From Alphaproteobacteria bacterium (lineage in GTDB: Bacteria; Pseudomonadota; Alphaproteobacteria; UBA828), in NCBI GenBank assembly GCA_965216915.1, contig CBDCGS010000007.1:21378-85377 (forward strand): a DNA stretch of 64,000 nucleotides, written 5' to 3'. The stretch's first letter is position 1, and the number at the start of each line of letters is the position of its first letter. The position numbers and the translations under genes were made by a program. The notes beneath the pieces are model-generated. The model saw only the letters and a program-made list of their open reading frames with translations. It was not told the DNA's origin and searched no databases. Shown one piece after another: positions 44,678 to 53,653 of the stretch.

Positions 44678-47440
44678 GTGGCGCAGCCCGCGCGAAGCGC
44701 ACCGGCCGAGACCGGCCACGTCTATTTGATCGACGGCTCCGGCTTCATCTTCCGCGCGTTTCACGCGCTACCGCCGCTCACGCGCGCCGACGGCACGCCG
44801 GTCAACGCGGTGCTTGGCTTCACCAACATGCTGTGGAAAATCCTGCGCGAGACCGACGCCGACCACCTCGCGGTCGTGTTCGACAGCTCGCAGCGGACCT
44901 TCCGCAACGACCTCTACGCCGAATACAAGGCCAACCGCGGCGCACCGCCCGACGAGCTGGTGCCGCAATTCCCGCTGGTGCGCGAGGCGACGCGCGCCTT
45001 CAATGTCGCTTCGGTGGAGCTAGAGGGCTACGAGGCGGACGATCTGATCGCGGCCTACGCGCGCGCCGGTGAGGCGGCGGGCACCAAGGTCACCATCGTC
45101 TCGGCCGACAAGGACCTGATGCAGCTCGTCGTGGATGACCGCGTCGTGATGTACGACTTCTTCAAGAACAAGGTGATCGGCCCGACGGAGGTCGAAGAGC
45201 GGTTCGGCGTGAGCCCTGAGCGGGTCATCGACGTGCAGGCGCTCGCCGGCGACAGCACGGACAACGTTCCGGGCGTGCCGGGAATCGGCGTCAAGACGGC
45301 CGCTCAGCTGATCAACGACTATGGCGATCTCGACGGGCTCTTGGCGCACGCCGAGGAGATCAAGCAGCCGAAACGCCGCCAGAACCTCATCGAGCACGCG
45401 GAGATGGCGCGGCTTTCGCGCGAGCTCGTGACGCTGCGCACGGATACGCCGCTTCCCGTGCCGCTCGAGGAGCTCGCGCGGGCCGATCCGGATCGGGATG
45501 TGCTGCTCGCCTTTCTCCGGGCGCAGGAGTTCAAGTCGGTCGCGGCGCGCGTCGAGGCACAGATCGACGAAGCGGCCGGTGTTCCCGCGCCGGCCGAGGC
45601 CGAGGCGCCGGGCTTTCCCGACACCTATCCATTGGTCGCGGATGGGGACGCGCTGGGTGCCTGGGCGACGCGCGCCCGTGAGACCGGCTCGCTCGCCGTC
45701 GAACTCGTCACCGGCGCCGGCACGCCCGAGGAAGCGCGGATCGTCGGCCTCGCGCTGGCGGTGGCGCCCGGCGAGGCGTGCTATGTGCCTGTCGATCACG
45801 CGGCGCCCGATCTTATCGGCGCGGAGGAAGCGGTGCCGGGGATCGCGCTTACCGCCGCGCTGGGCGCGCTTGCGCCGGCGCTCGCCGATCCGGGCATTCT
45901 CAAGGTTTCGGCGGACGCCAAGCAGCTGCTTCGCGCGCTCGCGCGTTTCGACTTGGCCATCGCGCCGATCGACGACACCACGCTGATGTCATGGGTGCTC
46001 GATGCGAACCTGCATAGCCATGCGATCGGCGATCTCGCGCAGATCGTGCTGGAGCATGCGACCCGCGCCGAGGCCGATGTCATCGGCAGTGGCCGCAAGC
46101 GGGTCGGCTTCGAGCTGGTGGCGCCCGACGGCGTGCGCGATTTTGCGGCGGAGCGCGCCGACGTCGTGCTGCGCCTGCATGGAGCGCTGCGCCCGCGTTT
46201 GCCGGAGGAGCGCCTCACGACGGTCTACGAGCGCATCGAACGGCCGCTCGTCGCCGTGCTCGCGCGCATGGAGGGCGCCGGCATCCTGGTGGATCGTGCC
46301 GCGCTCGCCCGCCTGTCGCAGGATTTCGCGGCGCGCATCGGCGGCTTCGAGGAGGCGATCCATGCGCTCGCGGGCCATCCCTTCACGATCGGTTCGCCGA
46401 AGCAGCTTGGCGAGGTGCTCTTCGACGAGATGGGATTGCCGGGCGGGCGCAAGGGCAAATCGGGCGCCTATGGCACCGGCGCCGACATTCTCGAAACGCT
46501 CGCGGCGGAAGGCCACGCGCTGCCCGCGCAGGTGCTGGAATGGCGCCAGCTCACCAAGCTCAAGAACACCTACACCGACGCGCTCGTCAACCACATCAAC
46601 GGCGAGACCGGCCGGGTGCACACCACCTTCACGATGACGGCGGCGAACACCGGCCGCCTTTCCTCAAACGACCCCAATCTGCAGAACATTCCGGTGCGCA
46701 CGGAGGAGGGGCGCAAGATTCGCCGCGCCTTCGTGGCGGCGCCCGGTCATGTGCTGCTCTCCGCCGACTACTCGCAGATCGAACTCCGCATCCTCGCGCA
46801 CATCGCCGATGTCGACGGGCTCAAGGAAGCCTTTCACGGCGGTCTCGACATCCACGCCCTGACCGCGAGCCAGGTGTTCGGCGTTCCGCTCGAGGGGATG
46901 GACCCGATGGTGCGGCGCTCGGCCAAAGCGATCAATTTCGGGATCATCTATGGCATCAGCCCGTTTGGTCTCGCGCGCCAGATCGGCGTGCCGCAAGCCG
47001 AGGCCAAGCACTATATCGAGGCCTATTTCGAGCGCTATCCCGGCATCCGAGATTACATGGAGTGCGCCAAGAAAGACGCCCACAAGCAAGGCTACGTCAC
47101 CACGCTCTTCGGTCGGAAATGCCGGCTCCCCGGCATCAACGACCGCAACCACGCCCACCGCTCGTTTCAGGAGCGTGCGGCGATCAACGCGCCGATCCAA
47201 GGATCGGCGGCGGATGTGATCAAACGCGCCATGATCCCCATGGGCGCCGCGCTCGAACAAGCGGGCTTGCGCGCGCGCATGCTGCTGCAGGTGCACGACG
47301 AGCTCGTTTTCGAGGTCCCCGTCGAGGAGACGGAGGAGACCGGCGCGGTCGCGAAGCGGGTGATGGAGAGCGCCGCGCAGCTCGACGTGCCGCTCACCGT
47401 CGATGTCGGCGTCGGCGAGAGTTGGGCGGATGCACACTGA
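44678..47440 (+). CDS. polA: DNA polymerase I
   Basis: ORF 44567..47440(+) trimmed to GTG 44678. 5'-nuclease N-terminus YLIDGSGFIFRAFHALP. Pol motifs DYSQIELR, RRSAKAINFGIIYG and QVHDELVFE. Confidence 0.95.
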   Translation: MAQPARSAPAETGHVYLIDGSGFIFRAFHALPPLTRADGTPVNAVLGFTNMLWKILRETDADHLAVVFDSSQRTFRNDLYAEYKANRGAPPDELVPQFPLVREATRAFNVASVELEGYEADDLIAAYARAGEAAGTKVTIVSADKDLMQLVVDDRVVMYDFFKNKVIGPTEVEERFGVSPERVIDVQALAGDSTDNVPGVPGIGVKTAAQLINDYGDLDGLLAHAEEIKQPKRRQNLIEHAEMARLSRELVTLRTDTPLPVPLEELARADPDRDVLLAFLRAQEFKSVAARVEAQIDEAAGVPAPAEAEAPGFPDTYPLVADGDALGAWATRARETGSLAVELVTGAGTPEEARIVGLALAVAPGEACYVPVDHAAPDLIGAEEAVPGIALTAALGALAPALADPGILKVSADAKQLLRALARFDLAIAPIDDTTLMSWVLDANLHSHAIGDLAQIVLEHATRAEADVIGSGRKRVGFELVAPDGVRDFAAERADVVLRLHGALRPRLPEERLTTVYERIERPLVAVLARMEGAGILVDRAALARLSQDFAARIGGFEEAIHALAGHPFTIGSPKQLGEVLFDEMGLPGGRKGKSGAYGTGADILETLAAEGHALPAQVLEWRQLTKLKNTYTDALVNHINGETGRVHTTFTMTAANTGRLSSNDPNLQNIPVRTEEGRKIRRAFVAAPGHVLLSADYSQIELRILAHIADVDGLKEAFHGGLDIHALTASQVFGVPLEGMDPMVRRSAKAINFGIIYGISPFGLARQIGVPQAEAKHYIEAYFERYPGIRDYMECAKKDAHKQGYVTTLFGRKCRLPGINDRNHAHRSFQERAAINAPIQGSAADVIKRAMIPMGAALEQAGLRARMLLQVHDELVFEVPVEETEETGAVAKRVMESAAQLDVPLTVDVGVGESWADAH

Positions 47441-47537
47441 CTGAGCTGCGTCGCATCGGAGAGGCGCTCGCCCGCCCATCGTTCTGTGCTAACGTTGCGC
47501 CACGCTCGGCGAGCGGGAGCAGGGGGGGATTGGCCGC

Positions 47538-48002
47538 ATGCGGCACGCGTTCATCATTTTCGACTACGACAACGACCTCGCGGCGGCGAAGGAGATTGCC
47601 GGTGCGAAGGGTATCAGGGCGACGGCACCGGCCGGCCTCGAGAGCGCGGCCGATTTCAAGGAGGCGCAATCCAAAGGTGACGCGGCGGTCAAGGAGCTGA
47701 TCGACAAGACCATCCGAGGAACCTCGGTGACGGTGGTCGTGATCGGCCAGAACACCGCCAACCTCGACTATGTCGAGCACGCGATCTCCGAGAGCCTAGA
47801 GCGGCAGAACGGCGTGCTCGGCGTGTTCGTGGGCGCGAACCGTGGCGCGGTTCCCTTCGAAGCGGAAGCGGCTGCGCTCATGGAGTCGGGCGGCTACGAA
47901 ACCGTCGCGTGGGATGCGGGCTCGTTTGCCCAGCAACTCGAGGATGCCGCGACCGATTGGAAGCGCTTCGCGCGCGCGAAACCGCTCGGCTCACGCGGCT
48001 AA
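47538..48002 (+). CDS. TIR-like domain protein (DUF1863 / Thoeris ThsB-like)
   Basis: ORF 47538..48002(+), 154 aa. HAFIIFDYDND ... VKELIDKTIRGTSVTVVVIGQNTANLDYVEHAISESLERQNGVLGVFVG follows by eye the ThsB pattern RVFFSFHYQD ... LKRLINGGLNNTSVTCVLIGSQT..RWVRYEI..SIEKGNKIIGI. Confidence 0.65.
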   Translation: MRHAFIIFDYDNDLAAAKEIAGAKGIRATAPAGLESAADFKEAQSKGDAAVKELIDKTIRGTSVTVVVIGQNTANLDYVEHAISESLERQNGVLGVFVGANRGAVPFEAEAAALMESGGYETVAWDAGSFAQQLEDAATDWKRFARAKPLGSRG

Positions 48003-48105
48003 AGCAAATCCCGCGCAGATGGCAACACCTGCGACGACGCATTTGCGTCAATTCCAATGAGAGAAAGCATGTCGCCTGAGCATGAGTGAACGTGAAATGC
48101 TCTAG
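47999..48105 (+). repeat. ~106-nt structured intergenic repeat (MITE/REP-like), copy 3 of 4
   Basis: ctaaagcaaatcccgcgcagatggcaacacctgcgacgacgcatttgcgtc...gtgaaatgctctag. Its first CTAA contains the TAA stop of the TIR-like gene. Confidence 0.85.
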
Positions 48106-48120
48106 CCGCTTCGACCCGCG

Positions 48121-48807
48121 TTATTGGTCGCCAGGACCCGCGGTGAGCCCGTCAATCACCACGTCCAGAACCTGATCGATCAGCGCGTCGGCGGTGCCGG
48201 CCTCGGTCGTCGCCGGCACCACCTTGCCGTCGGCGAGCAACGCCGCGAGGCCGTGGACGATCGACCAGGCCGCGATGGTCGCGGTCATCGGGCCCATGGT
48301 GCCGCGCGGTCCCCGGTTCCCTTCGGCAACGAAGCGACCGATCGCCTCGGAAATGATCGCGAAGGCCGATTGAGCGTCGGTCGCGAGGTCCGGATGGGCC
48401 GCCATGGCGGGCGCGTGGGCCCCGAACATCAGGTTCAAACGCTCGCGGTTGGTCAGCGCGAAATCGAGATAGCCGCGGCCGAGCGCATGGATCATGCTGG
48501 CCGTGTCGGCAGGCTTCTTGCGGGTGGCGGCGGCCGTCATCGATGCCGAGAGCATGCGAAAGCCTTCGGCAGCCAGCGCCGCGAGCAACGCGTTCTTGTC
48601 GGAAAAATGATTGTAGGGCGCGGTTTGCGACACGCTGGCGCGGCGGGCGACCGCGCGGAGGCTGAGCTTCGCCGGCCCGTCGGCTTCAAGCATCTCACCG
48701 GCAACGTCTAGCAACACGGGCTTGAGGTTGCCATGGTGATAGCGCGCCGGCCGGCGCCTCTTCGGCGCCGCTGCGCCCTGCACCGTCTTCGATTTGCTGT
48801 CTGACAT
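48121..48807 (-). CDS. TetR/AcrR family transcriptional regulator
   Basis: ORF 48121..48807(-). HTH LSLRAVARRASVSQTAPYNHF. Confidence 0.9.
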   Translation of the reverse strand: MSDSKSKTVQGAAAPKRRRPARYHHGNLKPVLLDVAGEMLEADGPAKLSLRAVARRASVSQTAPYNHFSDKNALLAALAAEGFRMLSASMTAAATRKKPADTASMIHALGRGYLDFALTNRERLNLMFGAHAPAMAAHPDLATDAQSAFAIISEAIGRFVAEGNRGPRGTMGPMTATIAAWSIVHGLAALLADGKVVPATTEAGTADALIDQVLDVVIDGLTAGPGDQ

Positions 48808-48864
48808 GCGTCGACTCGCGGTGGCTTCCCCGGCGGGCGGCGCAGATTATCGCGCCTCCGGCCC

Positions 48865-48923
48865 TTGACACCATCTCATGAGATAATATATTCACTGTCA
48901 ATATAATGTTCAATGTCAATATA
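48865..48923 (+). promoter_or_regulatory. sigma70-like promoter with candidate TetR operator
   Basis: TTGACA (48865-48870), 16-nt spacer, TATATT (48887-48892). A perfect 12-bp palindrome atctcatgagat (48873-48884) lies in the spacer. Direct repeats TGTCAATATA at 48896-48905 and 48914-48923. Confidence 0.4.
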
Positions 48924-48959
48924 AGCGGTGGCCCGTCACCGCCAGAGGAGGCCTATCCG

Positions 48960-49397
48960 ATGAGACATTTGCTTTGCCAAGCGGCGTTGGCCTTGGGGTT
49001 GCTCACCGCCGGCACCATGGCCGCGCAGGCCGGCGATCTGCGGGTCACGGTGGCGGGTGTCAAAGACGGCACCGGCCGCATCATGATCGCGCTCCACGTC
49101 CCCTCGGGCGCCGATTTCCCCGACGACGTCGGTGTCGTCGCGGCGCAGTGGAGTGGCGCGGCGGCGAGTCAGGTCTCGTTCGTCTTCACCGATCTTGCGC
49201 CCGGCCGCTACGCGATCGCGGCGTTTCACGACGCCGATTCCGACGGCGTGCTCAACACGAACGCGATCGGGATCCCCACCGAGGGCTACGGCTTCAGCCG
49301 CGACGCGAGCGGTACTTTCGGGCCGCCGAGCTTCGATGCGGCCGCGCTCGAGATCGGTGGCACCGACCTCGAGGCGACGCTCACGCTTGCCTATTGA
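48960..49397 (+). CDS. DUF2141 domain-containing exported protein
   Basis: ORF 48906..49397(+) trimmed to ATG 48960. Signal peptide, then YAIAAFHDADSDGVLNTNAIGIPTEGYGFS, the typical DUF2141 pattern. Confidence 0.8.
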   Translation: MRHLLCQAALALGLLTAGTMAAQAGDLRVTVAGVKDGTGRIMIALHVPSGADFPDDVGVVAAQWSGAAASQVSFVFTDLAPGRYAIAAFHDADSDGVLNTNAIGIPTEGYGFSRDASGTFGPPSFDAAALEIGGTDLEATLTLAY

Positions 49398-49426
49398 TCC
49401 GCGAACTCAGCCCGGAGGGCCATACG

Positions 49427-50977
49427 ATGATCACCCGCAGAGACGTTCTTCGCAGCCTTGCCGCCGCCGGTGCGGCAGTTGGAACGGCGACGTTCGCACG
49501 GCCCAGCCCGGCCTCGGCGCCCGCCGATTCTTGGAAGACGGCGTTCGATGACGCGCTCGCCGCCGACCGGCGCCTTCTCGGCTGGAAGAGTGTCGACGCG
49601 TCGCAGCTCGATGCGCCGTCGCTCTCGGTCGAGGGGCGCTTACCGGCCGCGCTGGTTGGCACGTTCTATCGCATGGGCCCGGCCCGGCATGAGCGCGCGG
49701 GCAAGCGCTATCGCCACTGGTTCGATGGTGACGGCATGGTTCAGGCCTTCCGCTTCGACGGCGCGGGCGTCAGTCACCGCGGCCGCTTCGTCGGAACCAC
49801 CAAACTGGAGGCCGAGGAAGAGGCGGGCCGCTTCCTCTATCCGGGCTTCGGCACGGTGATCGCCGACGGCGTGCCGATACGCCGGCCGGACGATCTCAAC
49901 CCCGCCAACATCAACATCCTGCGCTACGAGGATGAGTTGCTGGCTCTGTGGGAGGGCGGCTCGGCCCATGCGCTCGACCCCGAAACGCTGGCGACGCGCG
50001 GCAAGAAGGTCTGGCGAGCCGATCTCGCGGGCGTGCCGTTCTCCGCCCACTACAAGCGCGAGCCCGACGGCACGGTCTGGAATTTCGGCAGCGCCTTCTC
50101 CCAGAAGCGACTCGCGCTCTATCGATTCGCGCCGGTTGGCACGCTCGTCGCCGGCGAGGCGGTGCCCGTGCCCGCCCTACCATATGCGCCGGGTATGACC
50201 CACGATTTCGCCGTGACCGAGCGCCACCTCGTATTCGTGCTATCGCCGTTCGTGTTCGAGCAGGCGGCGATGGCCGATGGCGCGTTTCTCGACGGCTTCG
50301 TTTGGCGCCCGGAGCGCGGGTCACACGCTCTCGTCATCGACAAGGACGATTGGTCCCGCCAACGCTGGTATCCCTTGCCGGCCGGCTTCTCGTTCCATTT
50401 CGGCAACGCCTGGGAGGAAGCCGACGGCACCATCCGCTTCACCTACTGCGTTGCGGAGGACGGTTCGATCCTGACCGAAACGTTCCGCGACGTCATGCGG
50501 GGTGTGTGGAAGCCCGCCACCGCCACAACGCGCTTCGCGCAGGTTGTGCTCAAGCCGAATGGTCAGGCCGAGCAGGCGGTTGCACAGTTCGCCGCCGAAT
50601 TTCCGCGGGTCGCGCCCGGCGTGGTCGGGCGCCGGCATCGCCATGAGTATTGTCTCTCAGGGGCGCCCGGCACCGGCGCGTGGAATCCCTATGGCGGCAA
50701 CGACCGCATCGGCGTGACGCGGCAAGATCTCGAAACCGGGCAGTCGGACAGATTCGACTATGGCCCGGATGTGATCCCCGAGGAGCATGTTTTCGTGCCG
50801 CGGCGTGGCGGCGGTGAGAGCGACGGTTGGCTCGTCGGGACGTCGCTCGATACCGTGGCCGGCGTGACGCGGGTTTCCGTGTTCGATGCGCGCGGGGTTG
50901 CCGATGGACCGATCGCCCAAGCGACGCTTCCCTATCCGCTTCCGCTCGGCTTCCACGGGCAGTGGCACGCCGGCTAG
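49427..50977 (+). CDS. carotenoid cleavage oxygenase (RPE65/CCD family), Tat-signal
   Basis: ORF 48974..50977(+) trimmed to ATG 49427. [17 protein letters not shown] is a twin-arginine signal. HWFDGDGMV and [12 protein letters not shown] motifs. Confidence 0.9.
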   Translation: MITRRDVLRSLAAAGAAVGTATFARPSPASAPADSWKTAFDDALAADRRLLGWKSVDASQLDAPSLSVEGRLPAALVGTFYRMGPARHERAGKRYRHWFDGDGMVQAFRFDGAGVSHRGRFVGTTKLEAEEEAGRFLYPGFGTVIADGVPIRRPDDLNPANINILRYEDELLALWEGGSAHALDPETLATRGKKVWRADLAGVPFSAHYKREPDGTVWNFGSAFSQKRLALYRFAPVGTLVAGEAVPVPALPYAPGMTHDFAVTERHLVFVLSPFVFEQAAMADGAFLDGFVWRPERGSHALVIDKDDWSRQRWYPLPAGFSFHFGNAWEEADGTIRFTYCVAEDGSILTETFRDVMRGVWKPATATTRFAQVVLKPNGQAEQAVAQFAAEFPRVAPGVVGRRHRHEYCLSGAPGTGAWNPYGGNDRIGVTRQDLETGQSDRFDYGPDVIPEEHVFVPRRGGGESDGWLVGTSLDTVAGVTRVSVFDARGVADGPIAQATLPYPLPLGFHGQWHAG

Positions 50978-51272
50978 CCGCTGGAGCGTGAATCTTCTCG
51001 ATCGCGGCCCGCCCCACCGAAAGCGCGGGAAGCTGAGGTCCGGCGTCGTGGGCCCTTAGCGAGATCTCCACCCGGCGGTAGACGTTGAACCATTCGGGAT
51101 GGTGATCCATCTTCTCGATGACCAGCGCCACCTGGCTCATGAAACCGAAGGCGGCGCGGACGTCGGGAAGGTGAACGCTTTGCAGACGGCATCCCGCGCC
51201 TCGACGGCGTGTGTCCAACCGGGAAGGTTTGACAGCCTCCGCTCGATCTCCGGGCGCTCCGCGTGAGTGCTT
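50974..51272 (-). pseudogene. pterin-4a-carbinolamine dehydratase (PCD/PhhB) gene, frameshifted
   Basis: One frame reads [32 protein letters not shown]. It continues in another frame as [40 protein letters not shown]. The junction is at ttcccgacg (about 51157-51165), one nt short. No canonical start and no in-frame stop at the expected length. Confidence 0.5.
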
Positions 51273-51664
51273 CGGGCCCAACCGTCGCGCCGAGCGTGGC
51301 GGACATCGAGCTGATCGCGGATCGGGCGTATCGGCGCATTCCGGCGCGGCTGCGCCGTCTCGTCGATGTCGTGCAGATCAGGATCGAGGAGTTTCCGAGC
51401 GACGAGGTGCAAGCCGATATGGGCCTCGAGAGCCCGTTCGACCTCCTCGGCCTCTACCAAGGCATCTCCCTCGATCAGCAGAGCCTGCACGACGTGCGCG
51501 ACGACGTCGACCTGATCTACCTCTATCGCCGGCCGCTGCTCGACTATTGGGTCGAGTCGGGCGAGAGCCTCGAGGATGTCGTGCGCAACACGCTGATCCA
51601 CGAGATTGGCCACCACTTCGGCCTGAGCGATGAGGACATGGCCCGCATTGAGGACCACGCGTGA
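51263..51664 (+). CDS. metallopeptidase family protein (DUF1025, minimal zincin)
   Basis: ORF 51263..51664(+), 133 aa. HExxH in [16 protein letters not shown]. Confidence 0.8.
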   Translation: MSASGPTVAPSVADIELIADRAYRRIPARLRRLVDVVQIRIEEFPSDEVQADMGLESPFDLLGLYQGISLDQQSLHDVRDDVDLIYLYRRPLLDYWVESGESLEDVVRNTLIHEIGHHFGLSDEDMARIEDHA

Positions 51665-51669
51665 GCGGC

Positions 51670-52248
51670 TCAGTCCCCGAGCTCGAAGGTCTCGATGTCC
51701 TCGAACCCACCGCCAAGGGGATAGGTCGCCTCGATCATGTAGTCGGCGCCCGCCGAGCCGAGGTGGCTCGAGAAGAGGTGAAAGGCCGAGACCGTGAAGG
51801 GCTCACAGGCGAACAGCGCGTGATGTGTGATGAAGTCGTGGACATTGCCGGCAGCGATGCCGCGCCGGCTGCGCGCCAGGGTGATGTGTGGCGCGAACTT
51901 GCGCGGCTCGGGGGCGAAATCGAGCTGCGTGACCGCGGCCTCGACACGGTCGCGCAGCTGCGCCAACGCTGGGTTGCGCGCGACGCCGGCCCACAAGGTC
52001 CGCGCCGCGCCGCGCGGGGGAAACTGGCCGACACCTTTCAGCGTGAGCGGAAAGGGAAACGCCTCCACGGTCGCGAGCACATCGCAGAGGTCGCGGAACG
52101 TGCGGCGGTCGACATCGCCCAGGAAGCGCAGCGTGAGATGAAAATTTGCCGGGTCGAGCCAGCGCGCGCCCGGCATGCCGCCGCCGAGCGCGCCGAGGCG
52201 CACGCGGATCGCCTCAGGAAGATCGAGCGCGACGAAGAGCCGTTGCAT
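51670..52248 (-). CDS. thpR: RNA 2',3'-cyclic phosphodiesterase (2H family, ThpR/LigT)
   Basis: ORF 51670..52248(-). The two HxT/S motifs are HLTLRFLG and HITLAR. Confidence 0.85.
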   Translation of the reverse strand: MQRLFVALDLPEAIRVRLGALGGGMPGARWLDPANFHLTLRFLGDVDRRTFRDLCDVLATVEAFPFPLTLKGVGQFPPRGAARTLWAGVARNPALAQLRDRVEAAVTQLDFAPEPRKFAPHITLARSRRGIAAGNVHDFITHHALFACEPFTVSAFHLFSSHLGSAGADYMIEATYPLGGGFEDIETFELGD

Positions 52249-52271
52249 GGCCGGTTTGCGGGATCCGGCGC

Positions 52272-52952
52272 TCAGCCGGCCTTGTGGCGCCGGATGACCG
52301 CCACCACATGCGGTAAGATGCGCCGCACGATCTCCTCGACACCCGCGACGTTCGGGTGGAGCCCATCGGATTGGTTCAGCGACGGCACAGCTGCGACACC
52401 ATCCAGGAAGAACGGATAAAGAGCGACACTGTGCTTCGCGGCGAGCCTTTCGTAAACGGCGCGGAATGCCTGCGTGTAATCCTCACCAAAGTTGGGGGGC
52501 GCGAGCATGCCGGCGAGGAGCGTGGTCGCCCCGAGTTCGCCGAGCCGCGTCAGAATCGCATCGAGATTGTCGAACAGGTCCTCGGTCGGCAGCCCGCGCA
52601 GGCCGTCATTGGCGCCGAGCTCGACGATGACGATCTCGGGCCGGTCGGCGAGCACCCAATCGAGGCGCGCGAGGCCGCCCGCGCTGGTGTCGCCCGAGAT
52701 GCCCGCATTGATGACCTCCCAGTCGAACCCCTGCGCGCCGAGCGCCGCTTGGAGCTTCGCGGGAAACGCATCTTCGGCCGCAAGGCCGTATCCCGCCGTG
52801 AGGCTGTCGCCGAGCACCACCATGCGCCGGGCAGGGTCCGCTGCCACGGTCTCGCCAAGAATGATCAGCGCAATCGCGGCGGCGGCGAGCCGCGGCACGA
52901 TCGCATTGGCGCGCCGCGTGAGCCTGAGAAAAATGAGCGTGGAGCGGCGCAT
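52272..52952 (-). CDS. GDSL/SGNH arylesterase-lysophospholipase (TesA-like), exported
   Basis: ORF 52272..53261(-) trimmed to ATG 52950-52952. Signal peptide, VLGDSLTAGYG, GANDGLRG, DGLHPN. Confidence 0.85.
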   Translation of the reverse strand: MRRSTLIFLRLTRRANAIVPRLAAAAIALIILGETVAADPARRMVVLGDSLTAGYGLAAEDAFPAKLQAALGAQGFDWEVINAGISGDTSAGGLARLDWVLADRPEIVIVELGANDGLRGLPTEDLFDNLDAILTRLGELGATTLLAGMLAPPNFGEDYTQAFRAVYERLAAKHSVALYPFFLDGVAAVPSLNQSDGLHPNVAGVEEIVRRILPHVVAVIRRHKAG

Positions 52953-53643
52953 GTCGGATAGGCCTCGGGTCATCGAACTGGAAGATGTGCATCTAACCCT
53001 CACAAGCCAAGCGGGTCCGGTCAATATTCTGCGCGGGGTGTCGCTCGCCGCCGCGCGCGGCGAGAGCGTCGCGGTGCTCGGGCCGTCCGGTGCGGGCAAG
53101 TCGACCCTGCTCGCCGTGATCGCCGGGCTTGAGCGCGCCGATAGCGGCACGGTCACGGTCGACGGCCGGGACATTCGTGGCCTCGGTGAGAGCTCGCTCG
53201 CGTCGTTTCGGCGCGACACCGTCGGCATCGTCTTCCAGGCGTTCCACCTCATTCCCACCATGACGGCGCTCGAGAACGTCGCCTTGCCGCTCGAGCTTGG
53301 CGCGCGTCGCGACGCTCTGGAGCGGGCGCGCGCGGCGCTCGGTTCGGTCGGCCTCGGCGCCCGGCTGCGTCACTATCCGAGCCAGCTGTCGGGCGGCGAG
53401 CAGCAGCGCGTCGCCTTGGCCCGCGCCTTCGCCCCCGAACCCGCGGTGCTGCTCGCCGACGAGCCCACCGGCAACCTCGACAGCGAGACCGGTGACACGG
53501 TGATGGGTGTGCTGTTCGACCTCTGCGCGGCGCGTGAGGCGACGCTCGTGCTCGTGACCCACGACAAGGCCATCGCCGCGCGCTGCGATCGCACGGTTCA
53601 TATGGTCGACGGCCGTTTCGACGGCCCGGCGCCGGGCGTGTGA
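52951..53643 (+). CDS. ABC transporter ATP-binding protein (YbbA/LolD-like)
   Basis: ORF 52492..53643(+) trimmed to ATG 52951. Walker A GPSGAGKST, LSGGEQQRVALARA, LLADEP. Confidence 0.9.
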   Translation: MSDRPRVIELEDVHLTLTSQAGPVNILRGVSLAAARGESVAVLGPSGAGKSTLLAVIAGLERADSGTVTVDGRDIRGLGESSLASFRRDTVGIVFQAFHLIPTMTALENVALPLELGARRDALERARAALGSVGLGARLRHYPSQLSGGEQQRVALARAFAPEPAVLLADEPTGNLDSETGDTVMGVLFDLCAAREATLVLVTHDKAIAARCDRTVHMVDGRFDGPAPGV

Positions 53644-53653
53644 GGCGCGGCGC

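Noticed and set aside
47538-48807. A complete Thoeris system.
   Set aside because: Only a ThsB-like TIR gene is present. The adjacent genes are polA and a TetR regulator. No SIR2/SLOG/Macro ThsA candidate is in the window.
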